A stretch of DNA of 64,000 nt from Eledone cirrhosa (GCA_964016885.1 OZ024752.1:34348001-34412000); one strand, 5' to 3'; shown: positions 42,454 to 58,540, numbered from the stretch's first letter. A program made the numbers and translations. The notes: generated from the sequence alone by a model not told the origin.

Positions 42454-42650
42454 GTGGATTGGCAGTATCGGTAGATAGTCGGACACCATGCCTTTGAAGC
42501 ATAGAGTTACGTCCCTTTATGATCTGAGTTCAAATCCCGCCGAGGTTAACTTTGCCTTTCATCCTTACGGGGGGGGGGGGGGTCGATAAAATAAAGTACC
42601 AGTAATGTGCTGGTTAATTGCTGGCCTTGTGCCTAAAATAGAAACAGTTA
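42454..42650 (+). mobile_element. tRNA-derived SINE
   Basis: Main family, with an expanded poly-G. Confidence 0.82.
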
Positions 42651-42664
42651 TATAGTTATCTATA

Positions 42665-42845
42665 GATAATGAACACAACAACCACAAGGAAATGGTCCGA
42701 ACGTGGAAGAGCCGGACTCCCACTGTCACTGCCCCTATCTCTCTCGCCCTCCCCATCTCTTCGTATGGTAAGCAAATGGGGTCCCACGTGCTGGCTTCCC
42801 CCACAGCCCCGGCGGACAGAATGTAGAAGGCGTTTCCCCGGAGGT
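42665..42845 (-). mobile_element. CRE-like (restriction-like endonuclease) non-LTR 3' end
   Basis: Encodes RGNAFYILSAG, matching RGNAFVVLSAG at ~55850. Confidence 0.5.
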
Positions 42846-43286
42846 TGGTCAAGTTATAGTGTAGTTATAAGGCCTTAACTCTCTACTATACTGTATTTAC
42901 ACTCTACTATCCTAAGTATCGAGTACTCTGCTGAACAATGGTTTTTTTTTTTACTAGTTTAAAACTGTTAAAATCCTGTTTTCCCTCTTTCTCGTGTGTG
43001 TATATGTGTAAGTAAAAGAGTGTGTGTGTGCTTGTAAGTACGAAGCTATGAGCAAAAGTATGTTAATATAAGTGTGTGTGTGTGTGTGTGCATACAGAGC
43101 TGTGAAGGGAAAAGTGGAGTGTGCATATTTTGTTGGTCTGTATTAGCAGTAAAAGAATATGTTTCTGACCATAAGAGAGCCATAGGAATCTAGGGGGTGA
43201 ATGTACAAGCGTGTGTGATAACGGACGGGGTATTAAAGAAATTGGGGAGGGGAGTTGAGTCCATGAGGGAAATAGGACCGAAGGCG

Positions 43287-43328
<42 letters not shown>

Positions 43329-43371
43329 TAAGGGAACAAAGATTCAGTGTTGCATCATAACATATGTATAT

Positions 43372-43562
43372 ATAATTGTTTCTACTTTTGGCACAAGGCC
43401 AGCAATGAACCAGTGTATTACTGGTACATTATTTTATCGACCCCGTAAGGATGAAAGGCAAAGTCAACCTCGGCGGGATTTGAACTCAGACCGTAAAGGG
43501 ACGTAACTATACTGGAAAGCATGGCGTCCGACTCTCTACTGATACTGTCAATCCACCGCCCT
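43372..43562 (-). mobile_element. tRNA-derived SINE
   Basis: Full copy; tgtatatataat on both sides. Confidence 0.85.
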
Positions 43563-43718
43563 TTGTATATATAATGGGTGTTGTGTATATATATATGTAT
43601 ATATGCATGTGTATATATATATATATAAAGTGTGAGGTACCGAGATCAGGGAGACCACAAATCAGGGGAGTACTCTATGCACGGGAAGAAGCAAAGTGGG
43701 TAGAGAAGAAGGTAAAAT

Positions 43719-43771
43719 CCCGACCGCGATGCCTCGCAGTTTCGGCTTTATTCAGCAAGCCTTTTCGAGGG
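43719..43771 (-). ncRNA. Type I hammerhead fold with variant core (U3-A8, C4)
   Basis: ccc TCGAAAA GGCTT gctgaata AAGCC GAAA CTGCGA ggca TCGCGG TC^ggg. Confidence 0.6.
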
Positions 43772-44082
43772 TGTACCCCTAGATGTACACACCTCTCCTA
43801 TCACAATCTCTACTTTGTCTGCAGAACCTGCAGCCTTTTGAAATAGTTGCTCAGTCTACATGTTCTATTCAAGTACAAACTGCAAAAATTCACGTTAAAC
43901 GTTAACTATCAGTCTAAGAAGACCTTTAGAGGCCATGGGCCCTGTGTTTGCTTTTGGCTATTTAATAGATATAAATGATAAAAAAAGATAATCAGTGCTA
44001 CGAAGACTGGGACTCTTTTCTTCCCAAGAAAGCCTGCACATTGTACTCTACATGTAATTGGTGTTCCACTGAAGCAGGTGGG

Positions 44083-44462
44083 TATGTTTAAGTTTCCCGA
44101 GATACTTGAAGATGGTCGGATAACAGCTACGAGGTCGGCTGGTCTCGCTTGGCGATCCAGCCAAGAAAATTGGAGGCGGTTGCTTTTGACAAGACACGCT
44201 AGAAAGAGTGTTTGAGGACTCTGGCCTTTGACCCTCCTAGGTATAAGTGGGCTAACAAGAAGAAGACGAAGATATGTTTAAGTTTCCCGAGATACTTGAA
44301 GATGGTCGGATAACAGCTACGAGGTCGGCTGGTCTCGCTTTGGCGATCCAGCCAAGAAAAATTGGAGGCAGTTGCTTTTGACAAGACACGCTAGAAAGAG
44401 TGTTTGAGGACTCTGGCCTATGACCCTCCTAGGTATAAGTGGGCTAAGAAGAAGAAGAAGAT
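44083..44462 (+). mobile_element. Tandem duplication (190 bp) of an RTE/Rex3-like LINE 3' end with (AAG)n tail
   Basis: Translates RWSD..WSRLAIQP..LEAVA; two near-identical units. Confidence 0.65.
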
Positions 44463-44696
44463 ATTATGTATGTAATGTCTGTTTATGTTTAGAGAAGCTA
44501 TGGTGGAGATTTATGACAAGTGTTTACAGGACATGTATTACATACAGAGCTCACGTTAGCGACTAATGGCTGCAATAAACATCAATATCATATTCCTATA
44601 AAATGTTTATATATATAATTCCAGATGTATGTATATTAGGGGTGTATATTCTTGGTGTACAGCCAATCCGCCAAAGATGGTAAATACATAATAAAT

Positions 44697-45915
44697 ATTG
44701 CTTTCTTATATGGGCACAAGGCCAGCAATTTTGGGGGGGAGGAGAAAGTCGATTAAATCGACTCCCAGTGCGTGACTGGTACTTCATTTTATCGACCCCC
44801 CGTATGGATGAAAAGCAAAGTTAACCTCGGCGGGATATGAACTCAGATCACAAAGGGCTGTAACTCTATGCTGCAAAGCATGGCGTCCGATCCTCAACCG
44901 ATACTGCCAATCCACCTCCCTTAAATTCATAATAAATATTAAGTTCACTTAGGCACAAGGCCAACGATTTTGGGGGAAGGGCATAGTCGATTAAAATCGA
45001 CTCCAGTGCGTTACTGGTACTTTATTTTATTGACTCCTTAAGGATGAAAGGCAAAGTTAACCTCGGCGGGATTTGAACTCAGAACGTAAAGGGCCATAAT
45101 TCTATGCTACAAAGCATGGTGTCTAACGCTCTACCGATTCTGCTAAAAGAAATATTTAATAATTGTTTCTACTTTTAACAAAAGGCAAGCAATTATCCTC
45201 AGTGCATTACTGGTACTTTATTTTATTGACCCCGTAAGGATGAAAGGCAAAGCTAACCTTGGCGGGATTTGTTGAAATCAGAACGTAAAAGTCCGTACTT
45301 ATATACCACAAAGTATGTTGTCCGACACTCTACCGATTACTGCCAATCCACCATCTTTTCTAAATCTAATAATTGTTTCTACTTTAGGCACAAGGCCAGC
45401 AAATACCCAGTGTATTACTGGTACTTTATTTTATCGACCCCGTAAGGATGAAAGGCAAAGTAAACCTCGGCGGGATTTGAACTCAGACCGTAAAGGGACG
45501 TAACTATGCTGGAAAGCACAGTGTCCGACTCTCTACCGATACTGCCAATCCACCATCTTTTCTAAATCTAATAATACGCAGCCGGAAACATAGATTAACT
45601 CAGGTCGATGTCTGGGTTATTGACGTAAAAATATCAGCTGTTAGTATGATAACAGTAAAACTGACGTACAAGCAAATTTAAGTAAAATTATCCAGTGTTT
45701 TTATTTTAAATTCTATGTCTAAGATAATTGTTTCTACTTTTGGCACAAGGCCAGCAATTATCCCAGTGCGTTACTGGTACTTTATTTTATCGACCCCGTA
45801 AGGATGAAAGGCAAAGTTAACCTCGGCGGGATTTGAACACAGATCATAAAGGGGCGTAACTCTCTGCTGCAAAACATGGCGTGCGTCTGACCCTCTACCG
45901 ATACTGCCAATCCAC
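44697..45915 (-). mobile_element. Cluster of five same-orientation SINE copies (long and short variants)
   Basis: Copies at ~44697, 44948, 45158, 45368 and 45724. Confidence 0.85.
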
Positions 45916-46155
45916 ATCTCTTAGTTGGCAATTTATACAACTGATAGAATATTAAAAATTTGGTTTCTTGATGCATTATAAGTTATATCTGTAAATAAGG
46001 ATATAGGACCGCCAAGTACCTAAATCTGAACGTGGGTACACCAAGAACAAACACAAAGTAATCACTGAATCACCTTTAAGTCCAACAAACTCCAGTATGT
46101 CCAGTAGAGGAAGGGTAGTGTCGTGGGAAATTCTACCCCAAACAAACCAGTATGT

Positions 46156-46187
<32 letters not shown>

Positions 46188-46189
<2 letters not shown>

Positions 46190-46542
46190 AAGGCGGGTAA
46201 AATTCCCGAGATCCATGGACGAGTTCTCTCCAGCGGTCTCTGTCCCTCATTATCGCTGCCATGTCCTGCGTCTCCAACAGACCAGTGTCTGTCCTTAGGG
46301 CATCAACATACGTTAACCTTGGTCTTCCTCTTCTAGTGTGTCCATGTAGGGGCTCCCAAAGGAGCACTGAGTGCAATGTCAACTCTGGATGTCGGTGAGC
46401 ATGTCCAGCTCAAGGATCGATCTGGTCCGAATCTAGAGATTTTGATTCCAGAGTCGGGCCAGATCGATACAGATCGAACCTTGAGCTGATCAGTAGCGCG
46501 CCACCAATCAATAAACGTAATGAAGGAGTAACCACTCGTCCT

Positions 46543-46545
<3 letters not shown>
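46188..46545 (-). mobile_element. RTE-like LINE tail joined to a non-coding hairpin-rich 5' part
   Basis: LWEPLHGHTRRGRPRLTYVDALRTDTGL; long imperfect inverted repeat at 46406-46489. Confidence 0.62.
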
Positions 46546-46639
<94 letters not shown>

Positions 46640-46640
<1 letters not shown>

Positions 46641-46862
46641 AGGTGAGTTCTATTGTAGTACAATAAAGCAATGCAGATATCGGATAAGAAGCACTCTACA
46701 GTTTGTAGGATTTAAAACTGCACTATCCACAAGTGTTTTTTAGCCTTCATATCATGTTCTCCTGTTTTATCTGATGAAAACACAAATATTATTGCATGAT
46801 GATGTTTGTTTTTGAAATGCGCATAATAAAATACATGGAACTCCTTTAACCATCTTTTGATC
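46640..46862 (+). mobile_element. Decayed Penelope-like 3' end with degenerate hammerhead (46767-46826)
   Basis: ttat CTGATGA long stem GAAA tgcgc ataa, followed by aataaa; TA runs on both sides. Confidence 0.5.
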
Positions 46863-46863
46863 T

Positions 46864-46915
<52 letters not shown>

Positions 46916-47174
46916 GAAATAGGGTACGCACAGGACAAAAGCGATAGAAAAAAATCGGAAAGATGGACTGACCCATGTCCTCAGTCAACCTCTAGAAATT
47001 ACTACAGTTTCGGCTAATAAAGGTCAGTATCGTTCATACCAGTGCACATTGGGACATAACAAAACAGGCAGAGACAAGCTATGCCTTTAGGCAAATTACA
47101 CAAATATAGAAAGCGCAAGGGCTGAGACAAAGGAGAAAAAAACATATATATACATATATATACTTACACACACC

Positions 47175-47206
<32 letters not shown>

Positions 47207-47538
47207 CACACATACACATATATACACACACACATACACATATATATACATACACACATACACATATACACACACACATACACATATATATATACATACA
47301 CACACACATACACACACATACACATATATATACATACACACATACACATATATACACACACACACACATATATATACATACACACACACATATATATACA
47401 TAGACACACACATATACACACACACACACATATATATATATACATACACACATATATACACACACATACACATATATATACATACACACACATATACACA
47501 CATATATATACATACACACACATATATATACATACACA

Positions 47539-47580
<42 letters not shown>

Positions 47581-47605
47581 TATATATACATACACACACA
47601 CATAT

Positions 47606-47677
<72 letters not shown>

Positions 47678-47685
47678 ATATACAT

Positions 47686-47756
<71 letters not shown>

Positions 47757-48182
47757 TGCATGCATGCACCTGTTCGTGGGTGAATTACGCGAAAAATATC
47801 CCTACCACATTTTTATACCACTTTACTCCCACCAAATGACATTCGCAAATTTGGGTTTTTAAGACGTGGGAGGTTTTCAAACTCCCGCGCGAATAAATTG
47901 ATCTGGAGAGACAATTTAAAGAAGCAGAGATTCTACCACCCTAGAGAATGACTGAGAAACCCTTTAAGATCTGTCTGTCTGTCTGTCTGTATGTATGTTT
48001 GTTTATTTGTTTATTTATGTTTGTATGTATGTTTGTTTGTTTGTTATTTCTTTCAATATGCATGCATGTATGTGTTTATTTACGTAAGGAGAAAGTAACG
48101 GTGCAGATTATATTATGACTTAGTGTCTGCTAGACAGATCGTATGAGTTGTAAAATATAAAGAATTTACGATTGAAAGCGTA

Positions 48183-52981
<4,799 letters not shown>

Positions 52982-53351
52982 GGTGGCTGCCAACTCGTTT
53001 TCGAGTACAGCCACTACTTTATATCCATGTAGTAGAACCCCTACCGGTGCGCTGAACGAGTGTGACTTTTTAGTCCAGCCAGCGACTTGAAAACTCTGGT
53101 ACAAACACTACACTTGTGACAATTACTGACACATAGTGCTGGGCCCATGGTGCCATGTGATGACAAGTGCAGAGAGATCTCCAGATATAAAGCAATGCCT
53201 GTGCCGTGAAGCTTTTATAGTGAGCAAAGGCACTGCACAAAGCCAGTCCCACTCTCTTAACCAAGATGATATTTACCAAAATATGATGGTATCCAATGAT
53301 GTTGACTTGTTCTTCTTTTTGGTATATGTGTATATATATATAGGTATGTTT

Positions 53352-53397
<46 letters not shown>

Positions 53398-53407
53398 ATG
53401 CGTGTGC

Positions 53408-53463
<56 letters not shown>

Positions 53464-53474
53464 TCTCTTATGAC

Positions 53475-53523
53475 AGGCTTAATGAGTTAGGAGGGTCCAG
53501 AACCCAACGAAACTTAAGTACCT
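53475..53523 (+). ncRNA. Degenerate type I hammerhead
   Basis: agg CTTAATGA gtt..aac GAAA cttaag TA^cct; core altered; between TA runs. Confidence 0.4.
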
Positions 53524-53558
53524 TGTTGTAACTATATATATATATATATATATATATA

Positions 53559-53828
53559 AGTATGTACACGTACATACATATATGTATACAGACGTACAGT
53601 AGTATGTATATATATATATACATACTACATGCACACATATATATATATATGTACGTATGGATTCACCGAACATTTATTATAATGCTCGGTGTGTTTGTAA
53701 ACAAACATCCCGTATTATGTTCGGTGAATCCATACGTACATATATATATATGTGTGCATGTATGTATATATATATATACATACTACTGTACGTCTGTATA
53801 CATATATGTATGTACGTGTACATACTTA
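53559..53828. repeat. ~270-bp fold-back inverted repeat
   Basis: ~115-bp arms ending ggattcaccgaacat / atgttcggtgaatcc. Confidence 0.85.
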
Positions 53829-53884
53829 TATTTAAGTAACAGCCGTACTAAGAGTGGGAAATGAAATATCGTTTCATTTTTTCC

Positions 53885-53922
<38 letters not shown>

Positions 53923-54157
53923 AGATTTGAATTCCTTTCAACTAAACTGTATCCATTCAAATCTTTCTATTTTTCTCCGGATTACTTTTGGAACTACAAC
54001 TGGAACCGTCGAGCAAACTCTACGTGAGCTGTCAATCTACCGTGTGTAATATTTATATTACAATACAACGGAAAATACTGTATATATATATATATAAAAA
54101 AACATAAGAAAGAATACTGCGTGGTTGCACATGGGTTACATATGATAAAAATAGTCC

Positions 54158-54229
54158 TTCGTCAGTGATTTTTCCAACCTTCATTGGTATTTCATAGCTT
54201 TAAAAATCATATACCTCCGGTTGGTGCGA
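54158..54229 (-). ncRNA. Candidate strand-reordered hammerhead, copy Z
   Basis: TCGCA CCAACC GGA GGTA TA^TGATTTT TAA AGCTA T GAAA TACC AAT GAA GGTTGG A AAAATCA CTGACGA A; one helix has two mismatches. Confidence 0.55.
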
Positions 54230-54329
54230 GCAATAGCTATATAAAGCTATTGGGACAAGTAAATCGCGTAAAGCGAGTGAGACAGTAAACAACAAGGAAG
54301 GATAGCAACGCAAAGATAGGAAAAAACAA

Positions 54330-54394
<65 letters not shown>

Positions 54395-54590
54395 AAAAGA
54401 GTCGAGACACCGACGGCTGAGCTCCGGCCGTTTCGACAGCTAGATCCGAACAATTTGGATCTAGCTGTCGAAACGGCCGGAGCTCAGCCGTCGGGGTCCT
54501 GACTCTTTTCCTATTACCCACTCTACTACCCTAAGTATCGAGTACTCTGATGCGTTATGGTCCACCTGGTATCTTACCACTCTTTCTTTG

Positions 54591-54624
<34 letters not shown>

Positions 54625-54707
54625 AAGTTTGTCCTCATCAGTGGCCTTCCAACCGTCGTAGGCATTTCGTCGCATTAAAGGCCATAACGACTTTGTTTAG
54701 CCGTTGC

Positions 54708-54778
54708 TCGCACCAACCTGAGGTATATGGCCTTTAATGCGACGAAATGCCTACGACGGTTGGAAGGCCACTGATGAG
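54708..54778 (+). ncRNA. Candidate strand-reordered hammerhead, copy X
   Basis: TCGCA CCAACC TGA GGTA TA^TGGCCTT TAA TGCGA C GAAA TGCC TAC GAC GGTTGG AAGGCCA CTGATGA G; inverted partial copy at 54620-54686. Confidence 0.62.
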
Positions 54779-54827
54779 GACAAACTTTTTCATATGTAAC
54801 CCATTTGCAGCGCCGCAGTTCCATTAT

Positions 54828-54863
<36 letters not shown>

Positions 54864-54917
54864 CCTGTAGAAGTAATCAAAGTGTGTATACGTTTTTTTT
54901 TTGGGGGGGGGGACACC

Positions 54918-54968
<51 letters not shown>

Positions 54969-55071
54969 GGGTGTCCCCCCAAAAAACGTATACACACTTT
55001 GATTACTTCTACAGGCAATATTTATTAGAATGCTGTTGAAGTGTGTATATATTTTTGGGGTAGTAGTGGTA

Positions 55072-55287
55072 TAGGGTGAGTCATAAGTAACCGGGCAGTC
55101 CAACATTTATATTCCAAAAAATAATATTTACTACAATACTTTACCAAATAATAAATACATTAAACAAAAGTAATTTAAAAAACACAAACTTGGCTGATCA
55201 CTCATAAATAAGTGGATGTTCAAAACATTATCTGTGAACCTTGCAATAAAAATACATTGACTGTCCAGTTACTTATGACTCACCCTG
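55072..55287. mobile_element. Tc1/mariner MITE
   Basis: TIRs agggtgagtcataagtaac / gttacttatgactcaccctg-TA; another left end at ~56744. Confidence 0.8.
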
Positions 55288-55330
55288 TATATATTGCAAC
55301 CAAACATTGCTGTAGCATAATAAAGTCTAA

Positions 55331-55610
55331 AGTCTGTCTTAAGCCAGAAGGCTCATTTGGCCGGTGCTTATCCCGGTTTCATGGTGTCAACCGACTGAGA
55401 GTACAAGACTCTCCTCCTCCCCTGGACAGGAGGCCAGTTCATCGCAGGGTTAAACCTCCAGCTATTGCTGGTACTCATTTTCAGCTGAATATACTGGAGC
55501 AACGTGAAATGAAGTGTTTTGTTCAAGAACACACAACACAGCCCAGGTATCGAACCCACGACATCATGATCGTAAGTTCAACCCCCTTACCACTAGGCCA
55601 CGTGCCTTCA
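55331..55610 (-). mobile_element. tRNA-derived SINE with CORE-like and V-domain-like segments
   Basis: tggcctagtgg A box, ggttcgatacc B box, gtgttcttgaacaaaacactt, ccctgcgatgaactggcctcctgtccagggg. Confidence 0.72.
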
Positions 55611-55729
55611 CCGTATATAAAGTAGGTAACCGGAATTACAAACTCGTTGTTGTTAGTGGAACCGCCTCGAAAATTCCAAGGAAAGCATGGATTATATGTT
55701 GCATTACATATATATATATATATAATTCA

Positions 55730-56130
55730 ATGTGGACCCCTACAGTGGAGCTCCTCCGCAAGATCAGAACGTCGGCGGCCCGTCTGAAGAAGTAAGCCCG
55801 CGAGGTGGGGGTGGCTGTTGCAGCGGGTGTCGCTGGCCATTGTCCGCGGGAATGCGTTTGTGGTCTTGTCCGCGGGGCACAGCCCCTCTACCGCCACGCC
55901 CTAGGTCCAGAGCCCAATCATCCTCCCCCTTCCCCCTCCTCATTCCTCTGTGACACTAGAGTTCTCGCCCCCCCCCCCCCTTCCCGTTTTTTTTCTATCT
56001 TTTTCTATCTTTTTCTTTTTTTTTCATTATATTTTCCTATTTTACACTCCATTCTTCTCAATCTAAATTTTCTATTTTTTTTTTTTCGTTTTCTATTAAA
56101 CTGTATTTAGATGATATATTCGATAAATAA
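55730..56130 (+). mobile_element. CRE-like non-LTR retrotransposon 3' end
   Basis: A frame absent from the ORF track reads LQRVSLAIVRGNAFVVLSAG, the QRxSxAIxRGNA C-terminal motif; pyrimidine-rich 3' UTR. Confidence 0.6.
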
Positions 56131-56148
56131 GATAAGTTATTCAATAAA

Positions 56149-56529
56149 CCGTATTTCCCGGCGCCGCAGACGCTTTGTCCTTAGGACGAACCCTAATTTT
56201 GTGAAAAGAAAGAATGATTTCTAGTATAGGCTCATGGCCAGCAATTTGGGGGAGGAGAAAGTCAATTAAATCGACGCCAGTATGTTACTGGTACTTTATT
56301 TTATCGACCCCATAAGGATGAAAGGCAAAGTTAACCTCGGCGGGATTTGAACTCAGACCATAAAGGGCAGTAATTCTTTGCTGCAAAGCATGGTCTCCGA
56401 CTCTCTACCGATACTTCAATCCCCCGCCCTTGTGAAAATAATAAACAACCTTCGGCCTCCAGGACGCATGGTAGATTTTTGAGACTTATTTTAGGACAAA
56501 AGTAGCGTCTTCGAAGCCGGGAAATACGG
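56149..56529. mobile_element. CCGTATTT MITE with nested SINE (~56208-56430, minus)
   Basis: Same TIRs as 8118-8289; ttgtgaaaa on both sides of the SINE. Confidence 0.85.
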
Positions 56530-56537
56530 TATATTAT

Positions 56538-56727
56538 TAATTGTTTCTACTTTAGGCACAAGGCCAGCAATTACCCAGTGCATTACTGGTACTTTATTTT
56601 ATCGACCCCGTAAGGATGAAAGGCAAAGTCAACCTCGGCGGGATTTGAACTCAGATCGTAAAGGGACGTAACTATGCTGGAAAGCATGGCGTCCGACCCT
56701 CTACCGATACTGCCAATCCACCACCTT
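56538..56727 (-). mobile_element. tRNA-derived SINE with TSD
   Basis: tatattattaat on both sides. Confidence 0.88.
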
Positions 56728-57234
56728 ATATTATTAATGTTAACGGGTGAGTCATAAGTAACCGGACAGTCCCACATTTATAATTCCAAGTAATATTTAC
56801 TAAAATTCTAGTCATAGAGTACGAAATTATGAATAAACCAAACAAAAGCAGTTAAAAATATATAATTAAAGTAAGTGTTTGAAAAGCTGACCTCGTTGTT
56901 CAATACATCTTGAAGTGGATGTTCAAAATGTTATCTGTGAACCTTGCAATAAGGAAAATGCATTGATTCACCTTGTCTATTGTTTTTCTCTCTTGTTTCT
57001 TCTCAAGTGGTATTTTCTGCAGCTATTATCTGATGTTTACCAGAAATAATGACTGGAAACTCACCTGAATGTCTACATGTTTTTGCCCTTTTTTAAATAA
57101 TATTTAAAAAAACATATTTTTATGTTTCTTTCATAAGTTTTGAAATATAATTGTTTCTACTTTTGACACAAGGCCAGCAATTATACCAGTGTATTACTGG
57201 TACTTTATTTTATCGACCCCGTAAGGATGAAATA

Positions 57235-57328
57235 TAATATACACCAGTGTTATATGGCAGTGAAACTTGGGCTACAACGAAGAGAGAAGAGCAGAGGCTG
57301 GTAACGGCTCAAAAAGCCATGGAGAGAT

Positions 57329-57329
<1 letters not shown>
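57235..57329 (+). mobile_element. Short RTE-clade ORF fragment
   Basis: PVLYGSETWATTKREEQRL..QKAMER. Confidence 0.6.
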
Positions 57330-57399
<70 letters not shown>

Positions 57400-57400
<1 letters not shown>

Positions 57401-57998
57401 GGAGGAAATGTGGTAAGGAACCAGGTGGACCATAACGCACCAAAGTACTCAATACTTAGGGTAGTAGAGTGGGTAATAGGAACGAGTAGGACCCCGGCGG
57501 CTGAGCTCAAGCCGTTTCGACGGCTAATTCTGGACTAAATGAACATTTTTATCCTGGTATTTGAATAGCCGAGCTTCTCAAGGGGTAATTCCATATATGG
57601 TCAAAGTGATTGTCACAAGGATTGGTCAAAAGTTTGTTGTTGAGACATAATAATTCTATGATGGCAATTTGTGGAGGGAAGGGGTAGCTAAACCTGCCAG
57701 TAGGAGAAAGAGGGAGAGGGGGTGGAGGAGACCCATTCATGCGTTGATAGTGCCGACTACAGCTGGGCATGAGGTCAAAGAAGATACTAGGGAGGGGGAG
57801 GGGGAGGAAGTCGACTAGAATTATTATGTCTCAACAACAAACTTTTGACCAATCCTTGTGACAATTACTTTAACCATATATGGAATTACCCCTTGAGAAG
57901 CTCGGCTATTCAAATACCAGGATAAAAATTTTCATTTAGTCCAGAATTAGCCGTCGAAACGGCTTGAGCTCAGCCGTCGGGGTCCTACTCGTTCCTAT
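57400..57998. mobile_element. Penelope-like terminus with ~180-bp inverted arms
   Basis: Arms at ~57477-57658 and ~57816-57997, each with a hammerhead fold; flanked by TA runs. Confidence 0.75.
57888..57983 (+). ncRNA. Type I hammerhead ribozyme, U3-A8 core
   Basis: acccc TTGAGAA gct CGGCTA..TAGCCG tc GAAA CGGCT tgagctc AGCCG TC^ggggt; the mirror copy at 57491-57586 has GUC mutated to GCC. Confidence 0.7.
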
Positions 57999-58055
57999 AT
58001 ATATATATATGTATATATATATATGTGTGTGTGTGTGTGTATGTGTGTGTATATA

Positions 58056-58134
58056 CAGGTTGTCTCCACAAAAAATGTATACATACTTCAACAGCATTCT
58101 AATCAAAGTGTGTATACATTTTTGGGGGGAAACC

Positions 58135-58137
<3 letters not shown>
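58056..58137. mobile_element. ~80-bp mariner-type MITE
   Basis: TA-caggttgtctcc..tgtataca / tgtataca..gggaaaccctg-TA; related ends at 54862-55060. Confidence 0.7.
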
Positions 58138-58205
<68 letters not shown>

Positions 58206-58540
58206 TATAAAGGATGGTGTGCTCAAGTGCAGAGATGCTATAAATTAGCTTGTAAAATAAAATAGGATTAAAACCACTAAAAGACGCATTTTAAGGGTCT
58301 TTATCATATTTTATAACATCTCTGCGCTTGAGCACACCATCCTTTATACCTATATATAAAAAGACATCTGCAAAACATACTAAGGTGACTTAGATCTGAT
58401 AGTTAACAGTAAAACCAGGATTTTATAATGTTATATCGTGCAATATATACATATATATATATATATACATTATGAAGAGAGAAGAAACATTTAGATATAA
58501 TTAGTAATAAAATGTATCATACCTAAACTGTTCCTAAATT

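Noticed and set aside
54708-54778. Reading the 3-copy structured element as HDV-like, twister, pistol, SECIS or C/D snoRNA
   Set aside because: Helix order and conserved nucleotides do not fit those consensus folds; only the hammerhead core accounts for CUGANGA, GAAA and NUH together.
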